Shown one piece after another: positions 1 to 10,525 of a stretch of DNA of 64,000 nucleotides. The notes below the pieces were generated by a model. The model was not told the origin of the DNA. It worked only from the letters and a program-made list of their open reading frames with translations, and made no database searches. This DNA is from Thermodesulfobium acidiphilum (lineage in GTDB: Bacteria > Thermodesulfobiota > Thermodesulfobiia > Thermodesulfobiales > Thermodesulfobiaceae): NCBI RefSeq assembly GCF_003057965.1, contig NZ_CP020921.1, positions 1,166,916 through 1,230,915 of the forward strand, given 5' to 3'. Position 1 is the stretch's first letter. Every line of letters starts with the position of its first letter. Both the position numbers and the translations under genes were made by a program.

Positions 1-551
1 ACTCTATTATCTTTTATAATTATTTCATCTACAGTAGACGAAGTTAGTATATCTACCTTCTTTTCAAGTTCTTCTTTCATATTTTGTAATATAATAGGTG
101 ATTTATCCGTTCCTAAATGTCTTACCTTAAAAGGGATATATTTCAAATCAGCTAGTATAGACCTCTTTTTTAGTTCCATTTCTTCTTCTGGATTTGGGGA
201 GTAAACCTGCTGTGCCCCTCCAAAATCTACCCATATTTTGTCTACATATGAAACTAAGCTGCTCAATTTCTCTTCACCTATAATATCAGCAAGATTCCCA
301 CCAATATCAGTAGACAAGGTAAGTTTTCCATCGCTAAATGCGCCAGCACCACCCCAACCGCTCATTAGTGCACAAGGGGTACAATTTAAACACTGAGTTT
401 TTCTATCTCTCATAGGGCAATGTCTTTTGGATATATCGTGTCCCTTTTCAATTATTAAAATAGAACTATCATCAAGTTTTTTAGTTAGCTCTAATGCAGC
501 GAATATTCCAGCAGGACCAGCACCAACAATTATTATGTCATAATTTTTCAT
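1..551 (-). CDS. NAD(P)/FAD-dependent oxidoreductase (uncharacterised family), runs off the left edge
   Basis: Manual translation MKNYDIIIVGAGPAGIFAA...HCPMRDRKTQCLNCTPCALMSGWGGAGAFSDGKL: Rossmann GxGxxG plus GGAGAFSDGK motif; SD-like GGGTG upstream. Confidence 0.85.
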   Translation of the reverse strand, partial: MKNYDIIIVGAGPAGIFAALELTKKLDDSSILIIEKGHDISKRHCPMRDRKTQCLNCTPCALMSGWGGAGAFSDGKLTLSTDIGGNLADIIGEEKLSSLVSYVDKIWVDFGGAQQVYSPNPEEEMELKKRSILADLKYIPFKVRHLGTDKSPIILQNMKEELEKKVDILTSSTVDEIIIKDNR

Positions 552-570
552 ATCTACACCCACTTTCTCA

Positions 571-600
571 GAAAAATACCCTGGCAAAACCAGGGTAATT
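571..600 (-). terminator. Intrinsic terminator-like hairpin downstream of pyk
   Basis: TACCCTGG(577-584)-5 nt loop-CCAGGGTA(590-597); followed by TTTTT on the - strand. Confidence 0.7.
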
Positions 601-670
601 TTAAATTAATTTAATTTATTGACACAAATTCCAACGCCTTTTTTACTATTCTAACACAAAAACGCCAAAA

Positions 671-2422
671 CTACCTAACGTTTATTTCTCCCTGATAAAT
701 TAAACCTTTTTCTGCATCGACCGTAATCACTAGGCCATCTTTTAAAAGTTCAACAGCACCTTCTACCCCTATTACCACAGGAATACCAAAATTTATTCCA
801 AGTATTACAGCGTTTGAAGTAAGCCCGCCTTCTTCAACTATTAGTGCCCCAGCTTCAGTAGTATATTTGGCTAACTCTTCATCGATACTCTTTGCAACCA
901 CAATACACCCAGCTTTCATCCTTTCTCTAAAATCCTTCAAAGTATTAGCAATACAAACTGTCCCTGTATATGAACCACGTCCAACACCAATTCCCTTCAA
1001 TATAATATTTCCAACTAAATGAACCCTTATCATATTTGTGGTACCTGTAGCGCCCAATGGTACACCTGCAGTAATAACTACCAGATCGCCTTCTTTAATC
1101 AAATTTGAAGCAGTAGACTTGCTAATTGCCTCCAAAACCATTTCTTCAATGTTATTAGTTCTTTCGCACTTTATAGGATAAACTCCCCAAATTAGTTTCA
1201 TCTTTCTAACCATTCTAATATCAGGTGAAACGCCTATAATAAAAGCATTTGGTCTATATTTTGACACCATCTTAGCAGTATATCCGCTTTGAGTAATGCT
1301 TACAATTGCAGCAGCATCAAGTTCATGAGAAATCTGTACTGTAGCATGACTTATAGCATCAGTAGTAGTTTTCTGGTTCAAACCTTTAGACAAAAAGATT
1401 ACTTTATAATCTAATGACATTTCAGTTTTTAAAGCAATTCTTGCCATCATTTCCATAGCTTCCAAAGGGTAATTCCCAGCTGCTGTTTCACCGCTAAGCA
1501 TCACAGCGTCTGTACCATCAAGAATAGCGTTTGCTACGTCACTTGCTTCAGCCCTAGTAGGGTGTGGATTATTTATCATTGATTCCAGCATTTGTGTGGC
1601 AGTAATTACAGGCTTTCCAATTTTATTTGCTTTTTTGATTAGCTCCTTTTGAATCAAAGGAACGTCTTCATTTGGTATCTCAATTCCCATATCTCCTCTT
1701 GCAACCATAATACCATCAGCAACTTTAAGGATTTCATCGATATTATCAATTCCAAATCTATTTTCTATCTTTGCAATAATATCCATATTCGAATTGTTTT
1801 CTTCCAAAACTCTTCTAATTTCCAAAATATTCGACGCATTTTGTACAAAAGAAGCAGCAATAAAATCCATTTCATTTTCAATTCCAAATTTTATATCGTT
1901 TATATCCTTTTCTGACAGAAACTGCATGTCCAAAAAAACTCCCGGCACAGCTACTCTTTTATGATCCTTTAATATGCCATTGTTCATTACTGTAGTATAA
2001 ATATTTTTGTCATCGGTATCTTCAACCTGTAAAGAAATTAATCCATCTGATAAAACTATTACATTACCCCTTTTTATCTTTTTAATCAGATCAGGATAAG
2101 TAACAGAAACAATTTCCTCATTTCCTTCAATCTCTTCAGCAGTCAAGACAAATTTTTGCCCTTTTTTAAGCTGTACAGAACCGCTTTTAAATTTGCCAAC
2201 TCTGATTTCAGGACCTTTAGTATCTAACATTAAGGCTACTTCCCTTTTTAACTCTTTTGACGCTTCTCTTACCATTTGGATTCTCCTAAAATGATCCTCA
2301 TAATCCCCATGAGAAAAGTTAAGCCTTGCCACATCCATTCCATTTTTAACAAAGTTATATAAAATTTCAGGATCGTCAGTGCTGGGCCCCAATGTGCATA
2401 TTATTTTAGTTTTTCTAATCAT
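671..2422 (-). CDS. pyk: Pyruvate kinase with C-terminal PEP-utiliser (swivel) domain
   Basis: RKTKIICTLGP, RLNFSHG, DTKGPEIR, AKIEN, MVARGDMG, ATQMLESM, PTRAEASDVANA; start moved to MIRKTK (2422) behind AAGGGG. Confidence 0.97.
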   Translation of the reverse strand: MIRKTKIICTLGPSTDDPEILYNFVKNGMDVARLNFSHGDYEDHFRRIQMVREASKELKREVALMLDTKGPEIRVGKFKSGSVQLKKGQKFVLTAEEIEGNEEIVSVTYPDLIKKIKRGNVIVLSDGLISLQVEDTDDKNIYTTVMNNGILKDHKRVAVPGVFLDMQFLSEKDINDIKFGIENEMDFIAASFVQNASNILEIRRVLEENNSNMDIIAKIENRFGIDNIDEILKVADGIMVARGDMGIEIPNEDVPLIQKELIKKANKIGKPVITATQMLESMINNPHPTRAEASDVANAILDGTDAVMLSGETAAGNYPLEAMEMMARIALKTEMSLDYKVIFLSKGLNQKTTTDAISHATVQISHELDAAAIVSITQSGYTAKMVSKYRPNAFIIGVSPDIRMVRKMKLIWGVYPIKCERTNNIEEMVLEAISKSTASNLIKEGDLVVITAGVPLGATGTTNMIRVHLVGNIILKGIGVGRGSYTGTVCIANTLKDFRERMKAGCIVVAKSIDEELAKYTTEAGALIVEEGGLTSNAVILGINFGIPVVIGVEGAVELLKDGLVITVDAEKGLIYQGEINVR

Positions 2423-2561
2423 ACTTTCCCCTTTTGAATAAATTTTTATATATTTTATAATTATTATAACAGCCTTTAAATAACGAGTTACTAACATTTC
2501 AATTAAAAACAGGAGTTTAAGGTATAATAAAATATCTATAAAGTAACCAAATTAAAAATCA

Positions 2562-5327
2562 GTGAATAAAAAAACAATAAATTTTATTTTTGAAAAAGGA
2601 ATCGATATCCCTCAGTCAAACTTTACTGAAGGAAATTTCCCAGTTCTCACAGGAAATCTTATTGAAAAACTAAGAAAGAGGAAAGATTGGATATTCATTA
2701 CTGCATTTTCTCCTGATGGAGTCCATTTTGCCTCTGGTGGTTTTAATTCTAATATTCTCTTGTGGAATATTTTTAAAGAAAAGCCAATAGATACTTTAAG
2801 TGGTCATGAAGATTGGATAATTGCACTTGCTTTCTCCAATGACGGGAAGTATCTTCTTTCAGGGAGCAGAGACAATAATATTATTCTCTGGTCTGTTCAA
2901 GAAAGAAGGTCCATAACTAAATTTGTAGGACATCAAAATAGAATTTCTTCGTTAGCATTTTCGCAAGACGACAGTTTGATTGCATCTGGTGGATATGATT
3001 CAACTATAAGAATCTGGACTCTGGATTCCAAAAAACCTATTAAAACAATTGACACTTCTCCACTTTGGCCTACATCTATTTGTTTTGCTATTAAGAATCT
3101 AAAGTTAATCGCAGGTTTCAATGATGGAACAATAATTATTTATGATTTAAACAACTATTCTCAAACAAATGTAGTAAATGTATTTCAGAATTGGATAGAT
3201 TCAATAAAGTGCAGTAAAGATGAATCAATCTTTTACGCCTCAAATACAAATGGTTTCATAAAAATTTTAGAAACAAGAAGTAATAGATTAATATTCAGCA
3301 AAAAAGTTCCTTTCAAAGCCTCTTCATTCCCTTATAATGAAAGAAGTCTAAATTTTATAGATGCCCTAAGTGTATACATGATGTTATACGAGAGAAATCC
3401 TGAAAATTTTCTAAAGGGGATAAGAAACTACAATAATAATATTGAAAGTTACAGCCATAAAGTATTTATAAAGAATTATAAAGACTACGCTTTTGACTTT
3501 TCGAAAAACCTAGATATCGTAGCTTACACTGAAAGATCAAATTATATTTACGTCTTCAATACAAAAACTCAAGATTTTATAAAAATCGATACTTCTAGTT
3601 CCTGGATAAAAACCATTTCTATATTAGATGACGACAATTTGCTGGCTGCTGGTGGATATGATGGAGAAGTAAAATTATTTTCACTTAATACTGGTTATTT
3701 AATTAGTTCAATTGTTGATCACGCTTCATGGATAAATTCTTTAAAATTCTCAAGAGATAGTAAACTAATAGCTGCTGGTTTAGAAGATGGAACTATTTTG
3801 ATTATAAAAATTAAGGGTTTGGAAGTTATAGAAAAATTTAACCTTAATAGTAGCATATACAAACTGGATTTTTCTAATAACAGTAAGTCTATCTTAGCTT
3901 CTACTATAGATGGCAATCTATTTAAGATTAACTTGGCTAATAAAGAAATTGAATTAATTCAGAAATTAAATAACTCATGGATTTCAAGTTTTACCTTTTT
4001 AAACACAGAAAAAACTTTTGTTACAGCTTCTGAAAACGGTTATATCTATTTAATAGAAAACAATCAAATCATAAATAGTAATAAAATTCATGATTCAGAA
4101 ATAATAATGTTAGAACTTTTAGACGATAATACTTTAGTCAGCGGTTCTCTGGATTTATTTTTAAAACAAATTAACATAACCGGTCTAGAAGTCCTTTCTG
4201 AAAAAAGATTAGATGGCTTACCTTTAGCATATAACAAAAATCTTAAAAAGTTATTTATATCTCATTTTAGAAACATCTCTATATACAAAAAAAGCGATTC
4301 GCAAGAATTTGGCGATCCGAAACTTAATAAACCAAAAATAGAATTTAATTTTAACTCTAACTCTAAGCAGTTTAATATATCAAAAAATTGTGAAAGTTTA
4401 TTTGTACTAAAAGGTAATAATCAATTAGAAAGAGTTTCTTTAATTGACCTTAATATTTCATCTCTAATAAAACCGTTAGAACCTATAACAACTTTTTGTA
4501 ATGACTTAAACCTTTCTAAATTAGTTATTGGCCACCTTAATTCTGAAATAAAAGTTTATGATACTGAAAAAAATCAAGTTATTAAAAACTTAAAATCGTA
4601 TGAAGGTTCAATATCTTCACTTAACTTATCGATAGACGAAAGTTTTCTTCTGGTAGGTTTCGAAGATGGAACAATTGAGTTGTGGTTATTTAATGAAGAA
4701 AAAAATCTCTGGTGTATAAATAACAACTCTGAACCAATTAGCGAATTAACATTTAGTTATGACAAGTTATTTTTCATATCAAAAAACAAATATAGCTTAG
4801 ACACGAATTTGTGGTCTACTATCGAAGGTACTAAACTCGGAACCTTTCCAAACAAAAATTTTTGTTTCAGAAACTTTGTTTTCTCTCCTAATTCAGAATC
4901 AGTTCTATATCTCAACGATAAAAATCAACTTTCTATTTGGTTTTTGAAAGAAGGAAGAGAAATAATAATACCTGAAAAGAAAACTGAACCCTTTATAACA
5001 TATTTCTCTTATTCTCCAGATTCATCAAAAATTGTAGTAGGTTATATTGATGATACATTACAAGTATTTTCAATTGGAGGAGATCTCATAAAAGAAGAAA
5101 ACAACAAATCTAGCTCCATCACTTTTATATTATTTAAAGATGAAAGATCTTTCTTTACTTCCCACCTAGATGGCACAATCAGATTTCACACCCTGGAAGA
5201 TTCTCCAAGCACTGAACTTATTTTTGCTCATCATTCATCAATAGACCTTTTATCATATAACGCTGAAAAAAATCTTTTAATTTCTTATTCTACTATAGAA
5301 CATACATTAAAAGTTTGGAGTTTATAA
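2562..5327 (+). CDS. Large WD40-repeat (multi-propeller) protein
   Basis: Repeated GH..WI..LAFS.DG..L.SG..D..I.LW units along 921 aa. Confidence 0.88.
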   Translation: MNKKTINFIFEKGIDIPQSNFTEGNFPVLTGNLIEKLRKRKDWIFITAFSPDGVHFASGGFNSNILLWNIFKEKPIDTLSGHEDWIIALAFSNDGKYLLSGSRDNNIILWSVQERRSITKFVGHQNRISSLAFSQDDSLIASGGYDSTIRIWTLDSKKPIKTIDTSPLWPTSICFAIKNLKLIAGFNDGTIIIYDLNNYSQTNVVNVFQNWIDSIKCSKDESIFYASNTNGFIKILETRSNRLIFSKKVPFKASSFPYNERSLNFIDALSVYMMLYERNPENFLKGIRNYNNNIESYSHKVFIKNYKDYAFDFSKNLDIVAYTERSNYIYVFNTKTQDFIKIDTSSSWIKTISILDDDNLLAAGGYDGEVKLFSLNTGYLISSIVDHASWINSLKFSRDSKLIAAGLEDGTILIIKIKGLEVIEKFNLNSSIYKLDFSNNSKSILASTIDGNLFKINLANKEIELIQKLNNSWISSFTFLNTEKTFVTASENGYIYLIENNQIINSNKIHDSEIIMLELLDDNTLVSGSLDLFLKQINITGLEVLSEKRLDGLPLAYNKNLKKLFISHFRNISIYKKSDSQEFGDPKLNKPKIEFNFNSNSKQFNISKNCESLFVLKGNNQLERVSLIDLNISSLIKPLEPITTFCNDLNLSKLVIGHLNSEIKVYDTEKNQVIKNLKSYEGSISSLNLSIDESFLLVGFEDGTIELWLFNEEKNLWCINNNSEPISELTFSYDKLFFISKNKYSLDTNLWSTIEGTKLGTFPNKNFCFRNFVFSPNSESVLYLNDKNQLSIWFLKEGREIIIPEKKTEPFITYFSYSPDSSKIVVGYIDDTLQVFSIGGDLIKEENNKSSSITFILFKDERSFFTSHLDGTIRFHTLEDSPSTELIFAHHSSIDLLSYNAEKNLLISYSTIEHTLKVWSL

Positions 5328-5352
5328 ATCAATTTAAAATAACGCTGTTTTT

Positions 5353-6234
5353 TTACTTTTTATTACTAATTTGGTCTTTAAAAACTCCAAGTATCCCTAG
5401 AATTATTAATATGGCACCAATGATTGTATAACTATTTATTTCTTCATTTAAGATAACGTGCCCCAAAAATAGAGCAAGAACAGGATTAACATAAGCATAG
5501 GTCATAGATATATTTATAGGTAAAAGCTTTACAGCGTTTATATAAGCAGTAAATGCCAGTACAGAACCAAACAATACTAAATATGCACATGCCAAAATTG
5601 CATTTAAGCCTGGCAAAGTATAGCTTTCATGAAAAAATTGGCTTAAAAGGAAAAAACCCAACGATGCAAATATATTTTGATAGAAACTAATCGTCAAAAC
5701 AGACATATTTAAACTATAGTTTCTTTGGATTATTGCACCACATGCCCAGCACAAAGCAGAAATAAATACTAAAAAATAAGAAAATATGCCTATAAAAGAA
5801 AAATTAGATATTTTAGGAATAAACAGACAAAATACTCCAACAAATCCAAGCAATAAAGATAATATAGATATCAATGAGGGCATCCTTTTTGTAAAAATTG
5901 AATCCAAAAAAGATGCTAATATCGGTGTAACTCCTAAGATCAAAGCTGTCAAGCCAGAAGCTGCATTTTGTTCAGCCCACATAATCAAGCCATTTCCGAA
6001 AACCCACATAAGTAAACTGGTAGAAAATATTACTTTAAATTCATAAAAATTCAATCTTAGATTTATTTTTTTTACCAAAATAATAGATAATAAAATCAAT
6101 GCAGCACAAAAAAGCCTTACCGCCCCAAGAGTAAAAGGCTCAAAACCACCGGTTACAGCAATTCTTATTGCAAGATAAGTACTACTCCAGACAATATAAA
6201 CTACAAATAAGTTTAAGAGGCCAAAAACAGACAT
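5353..6234 (-). CDS. EamA/DMT family transporter
   Basis: About 10 TM; VYIVWSSTYLAIR, YLVLFGSVLAFTAY, YAYVNPVLA (YedA-like). Confidence 0.92.
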   Translation of the reverse strand: MSVFGLLNLFVVYIVWSSTYLAIRIAVTGGFEPFTLGAVRLFCAALILLSIILVKKINLRLNFYEFKVIFSTSLLMWVFGNGLIMWAEQNAASGLTALILGVTPILASFLDSIFTKRMPSLISILSLLLGFVGVFCLFIPKISNFSFIGIFSYFLVFISALCWACGAIIQRNYSLNMSVLTISFYQNIFASLGFFLLSQFFHESYTLPGLNAILACAYLVLFGSVLAFTAYINAVKLLPINISMTYAYVNPVLALFLGHVILNEEINSYTIIGAILIILGILGVFKDQISNKK

Positions 6235-6553
6235 TTTAGAAAATAAACCAACCCTTTAAAAATTTAAAAACCCAAAAATTTTTTTTTAAATAAAAAACCA
6301 CATAAATATATATTATAATCTAAACTATAAGAAATAAAACTAAATATTTACCTAAAATCACCTTTCTTAAAAAATATTTTATCCATAATAGTGAAAAATA
6401 GTATATTATTTTTGAATTTTATAAAGTTAATTAAAAATTCAAAAACACTTCTACTGGTTTACTAGTTATGTTTTAAATTATTGTTAAAATAATAAATAAT
6501 ATACGATAATAAATTTTTCATAAGGAGGCCTTAAAATAAAAACGCAACATCAT

Positions 6554-7450
6554 ATGAAATGCACAGTTTGTAAAAAAGATGCAGTAATAAAGCTTCCAAG
6601 ACACAACCTTAAGCTATGTGAAGAGCACTTCAAAGAACACATCATCTATCAAACACAAAGGGTTATAAAACATTTTAATATGTTTAAAAAGGATGATGTT
6701 CTACTCCTTGCTGTTTCAGGAGGAAAAGATAGCCTTGGGCTATGGCTTATCTTAAAAGAACTTGGATTCAACGTAAAAGCTCTTCACATAATAATGCCTT
6801 TTGGTAAGTATTCAGAAAAATCTTTAGAAATAGTCGAAAATTTTGCAAAGAAACTAAATGAAGACCCAATATATATTGAAGCAAACAATTATTTAGACAT
6901 AGATTTCTTTAAAGCCTTAAAAATATATAAAAAGCCCGTTTGTTCTTTTTGCGGCAAAATAAAGCGATACATACTTTCTACTTATGCAAGTAGAAATTCT
7001 TATAATACAATTATTACTGGCCATAATCTTGATGACGAGACAGCATTTTTACTTGGGAACGTATTACATTGGCACACTGAGTATTTAAAGAAACAAGGTC
7101 CAGTATTAGAAAGAAATCAATTTATTCCTAAAAAAGTAAAACCCTTAATTCGCATAACAGATGAAGAAATGAGCTTTTTTGCAAAAGTTTCCAAAATTGA
7201 ATATGTTGCCGAAAGATGCCCTTATTCTAAAGATGCTAAATCTATATTTTTCAAAGATATATTAAATGAAATTGATAAATATATGCCAGGTACAAAATCC
7301 TTTTTTTATTTCCAATATGTAGAAAATATTAAGAACAATATCTTTATGAAAGATACCGAAGAACCAAAAGAATGTAAAATCTGTCACTATCAAACCTATA
7401 GTGACGATATTTGCTTCCTGTGCAAGATAAAATCAAAATATAGAGGGTGA
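6554..7450 (+). CDS. ttuA: TtuA/Ncs6-family tRNA 2-thiolation enzyme
   Basis: N-terminal CxxC...CxxH, PP-loop SGGKDS, CxxC, GHNLDD, CPY, C-terminal CxxC...CxxC. Confidence 0.8.
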   Translation: MKCTVCKKDAVIKLPRHNLKLCEEHFKEHIIYQTQRVIKHFNMFKKDDVLLLAVSGGKDSLGLWLILKELGFNVKALHIIMPFGKYSEKSLEIVENFAKKLNEDPIYIEANNYLDIDFFKALKIYKKPVCSFCGKIKRYILSTYASRNSYNTIITGHNLDDETAFLLGNVLHWHTEYLKKQGPVLERNQFIPKKVKPLIRITDEEMSFFAKVSKIEYVAERCPYSKDAKSIFFKDILNEIDKYMPGTKSFFYFQYVENIKNNIFMKDTEEPKECKICHYQTYSDDICFLCKIKSKYRG

Positions 7451-7453
7451 AAA

Positions 7454-8221
7454 ATGGATATCAACGAAGGTGAGTTAATCGAAGCAACAAACAAAAAGGG
7501 GTTCAAAAAGATTTTTCAGTTTTATAGCAAACAAAAAATTCAACTACAAGGTGGATTCATTGACCCAGAAGACATCATCAATTCAGAAGAAGGGGATACT
7601 ATTACTGCTTCAGATGGGCTAAAATACCATATTTTTAAACCGACCATACATGACTACATAATGTATGGAGTCAAAAGGCAAACTCAAATAATATACCCAA
7701 AAGAAGCTGGATATATAATCTTAAAACTCGATATAAGAAACTCCAAAGTAGTAGGAGAGGCAGGCACCGGTTCTGGATCTCTGACATTAATTCTTTCAGA
7801 ATTAGTTTCAGAAAAAGGAAGAATAATAACATTTGAAAAAAATTTAGATTTTTTAAATAATGCTAGAAAAAATATTGAGAAATTTAGCAAACTTCAAAAT
7901 ATTACCTTCGTGAATGAAGATTTTATTAACTCAAATTATGAAAATTTTTTTGATTCCTTCTTTATGGATCTAAAAGATCCATGGTTTTATTTTGAAAAAG
8001 TAAGCAAGGCTCTTAAAAGAGGGGGGAATTTTGGTTTGATAGTACCAACTACCAACCAAGTAAATCAGTCAATAAACGAGCTCGAATCAAACAACTTCTT
8101 AATAGATGAAATAGTTGAAATCTTTCACAGAAAATATAAAATAAATCCAAACAGACTAAGGCCAGAAGATATTATGACAGGGCACACAGGATATCTTATC
8201 TTCGCAAAAAAGGTAAAATAA
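7454..8221 (+). CDS. trmI: tRNA (adenine-58-N1)-methyltransferase
   Basis: RQTQIIYPKE, EAGTGSGSLT, D.KDPW, LRP...MTGHTGYL. Confidence 0.92.
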   Translation: MDINEGELIEATNKKGFKKIFQFYSKQKIQLQGGFIDPEDIINSEEGDTITASDGLKYHIFKPTIHDYIMYGVKRQTQIIYPKEAGYIILKLDIRNSKVVGEAGTGSGSLTLILSELVSEKGRIITFEKNLDFLNNARKNIEKFSKLQNITFVNEDFINSNYENFFDSFFMDLKDPWFYFEKVSKALKRGGNFGLIVPTTNQVNQSINELESNNFLIDEIVEIFHRKYKINPNRLRPEDIMTGHTGYLIFAKKVK

Positions 8222-8224
8222 ATC

Positions 8225-8848
8225 CTACTTTATTAAAATTATTGGGGTTTGCTCGTCTGCATTTCCAGCAGGGTTATCTTTCATTATATTCTCAACTTCC
8301 TTAGAATCAACGCCTTTTGAACAACCTACCACCCATGCTACCCCAAGATCGTTCGCATCAACTATCGCAACTCTTACACCGCCAAGTGATTGACTTATTT
8401 CATCTGCAGTTTTATCTGGATCCTTTGGCCCCATTACAATGACCTTGTCATATGGTTGAATAGTACCCGCAGTATCATCTATTAAAGCAGATTGTTTGCC
8501 ACATAATTTATAAAATATCCCTTTTTTGCCAAAAACTTTAAGTAGTGAACCTATTACAAAGGAAGCCAAAACCCTAAAGAGCCCCACCTCATTAATTAAA
8601 AGTTGCATTGCAAAGGGAGATGCCAGGCTACCTATCTGTGGGAAAAAAAGGCATAATCTCTTGGCAAAGTAACCTATTTTAATGTAATCAGGATAAAAAA
8701 AACGACCCTGTGTAATAGCAAGTGGGCTTTCTGCAATTACTACAATTGTATCTTTATCTATCTTATCTTTGGCATATTTCTTTATAACGTCAACAATATT
8801 GTCCTCTGGTCCCAAAATATGAGTTTTAATTGGTATACGATTTTTCAT
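8225..8848 (-). CDS. CofE-like (coenzyme F420-0:gamma-glutamyl ligase family) protein
   Basis: IKTHIL, IAESPLAITQGR, IDDTAGTIQPYD, VAIVDANDLG, DNPAGNADEQTP; ATG behind AAAGGAG. Confidence 0.75.
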   Translation of the reverse strand: MKNRIPIKTHILGPEDNIVDVIKKYAKDKIDKDTIVVIAESPLAITQGRFFYPDYIKIGYFAKRLCLFFPQIGSLASPFAMQLLINEVGLFRVLASFVIGSLLKVFGKKGIFYKLCGKQSALIDDTAGTIQPYDKVIVMGPKDPDKTADEISQSLGGVRVAIVDANDLGVAWVVGCSKGVDSKEVENIMKDNPAGNADEQTPIILIK

Positions 8849-9320
8849 AAACAATTGCTCCTTTTAAAAAATTGTCAGAAAAATTATAGTGAAATTTAGA
8901 AAAATACATTGACATATCTCTTCTGCCAGAATATTTTATATGAAACTGCAATTTTCCCTCTTTAAGATGCTCCTTCGGTAGCAAAACCAATATAGGTATT
9001 CCGCTCTTTGGATGTACCAAAGAAGTTTTGAAATAATTTTCTACCGGATAGCCCACTGATACTATATCCAGAACTCTTGTTTTAGGTTCTAATAAAATAC
9101 AACTTACATCGTGTACAATAGCTATAATTTCTGATACGTTATCAATTGAAAATGGCAAATAAAAATATTTTTCGTCACTGAAAAAATCCACTTTAGTTGA
9201 ATCAAAATTTAGCTGCACAGAAGTTTCTGGAAGTCTTCTAAATCTAATTTCTAATATTGCAAAAAAAGATATTACCAAAATTGCAACTAGTATTAAAAAA
9301 GAAATAATTATCATCAACAA
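8826..9320 (-). CDS. Hypothetical protein with N-terminal TM helix
   Basis: 164-aa ORF overlapping both neighbours; hydrophobic N-terminus followed by LEIRFRRLP. Confidence 0.7.
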   Translation of the reverse strand: MLMIIISFLILVAILVISFFAILEIRFRRLPETSVQLNFDSTKVDFFSDEKYFYLPFSIDNVSEIIAIVHDVSCILLEPKTRVLDIVSVGYPVENYFKTSLVHPKSGIPILVLLPKEHLKEGKLQFHIKYSGRRDMSMYFSKFHYNFSDNFLKGAIVYEKSYTN

Positions 9321-10525
9321 TTCTCCTCTTTTTTCAAAAGAACTACAGCTTTAGCATATATGCCTTCTTCCCTACCTAAGAATCCCAAACCTTCAGCTGT
9401 CTTTCCTTTGAGATTTACTTTTATTTTGTCAATATTTAGCGTGTTTGAAATAACAGAAATTATTTCATCTTTAAATGCCCTGATTTTAGGCTTTTCAGCA
9501 AACACTATCATGTCTATATTCTGGATCTTAAAACCTTTACTATAGACAAGCGTTGAAACTTTCTGAAGTAAAGTCAAACTTGAAACACCATAATATTTTG
9601 GATCGGTGTCTGGAAACAAAGTGCCAATATCGTCCAAACCAGATGCGCCTAAAAGAGCGTCAATTAGTGCATGAAGCAATACGTCAGCATCAGAATGCCC
9701 CTTTAGACCCTTCTCAAATGGTATAAGAACACCTCCAAGGTATAAGGGCCTTTCTTTATCAAATGGGTGAATATCTTCTCCTATGCCTACAAAATAATTT
9801 TGTACCTTTCTTACCTTCTCCTCCTCATAAACCTTTTCAGATAATTTTTTAAAATCCACATCACTATTTATAAAATTTTTAACCAACTCTAAATCTTGAG
9901 GATACGTAATTTTCATATTAGAATTATCTCCCAATACAACAAATGGCCTTATACCATGAAATTCCATCAAAGAAGATTCGTCAGTAAAAACCAGGCGCTT
10001 TAGAATAGCATTTTCAAACGCTTCAAGAAGTTCTTTTCTTTTAAATATTTGCGGAGTTTGCGCCAAAAAAATAGAATCTCTGTCAAGAGTTTCTTTTATA
10101 AAGCCATCTTCTACTCTCTTCACCGTGTCATTTACACCAACACATACCACACAAGAACCTTTTTGAACAGCAGCATTTATCGATCTTTCAATAATATCAA
10201 CGCTTACAAATGGCCTTGCAGCATCATGAACTAAAACAAATTCAGCAGTTTCAGGAACCTTTAATATCCCTTTTCTCACACTATCTTGTCTGAGCTTTCC
10301 ACCAGGAACAACATATTTAACCAGATCATATTTCTTTAAGAGCTCTCTAATAAACTGGATATAGTTAGATAAACAAACAACTACAATTCCTTCGATTTTA
10401 TTACTCTTTGAAATAGTTTCAACAGAATACTCAAGCATATATTTGTCGCCTATCTTTATTAAAGGTTTGTAAGAACCAAGCCTCTCACCTTTACCTGCAG
10501 CTACTATCACAGCCCAGATATTCAA
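9314..10525 (-). CDS. ispDF: Bifunctional IspD/IspF
   Basis: [32 protein letters not shown]; then [31 protein letters not shown]. Confidence 0.96.
   Translation of the reverse strand: MNIWAVIVAAGKGERLGSYKPLIKIGDKYMLEYSVETISKSNKIEGIVVVCLSNYIQFIRELLKKYDLVKYVVPGGKLRQDSVRKGILKVPETAEFVLVHDAARPFVSVDIIERSINAAVQKGSCVVCVGVNDTVKRVEDGFIKETLDRDSIFLAQTPQIFKRKELLEAFENAILKRLVFTDESSLMEFHGIRPFVVLGDNSNMKITYPQDLELVKNFINSDVDFKKLSEKVYEEEKVRKVQNYFVGIGEDIHPFDKERPLYLGGVLIPFEKGLKGHSDADVLLHALIDALLGASGLDDIGTLFPDTDPKYYGVSSLTLLQKVSTLVYSKGFKIQNIDMIVFAEKPKIRAFKDEIISVISNTLNIDKIKVNLKGKTAEGLGFLGREEGIYAKAVVLLKKEENC

Noticed and set aside
590..645. Fluoride riboswitch-like start (GGCGTTGGAAT)
   Set aside because: Conserved GAUG and the P1/pseudoknot pairing are not properly present
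6521..6553. Orphan AGGAGG 25 nt before ttuA as a trace of a lost ttuB
   Set aside because: No ORF or ThiS/MoaD-like sequence to support it
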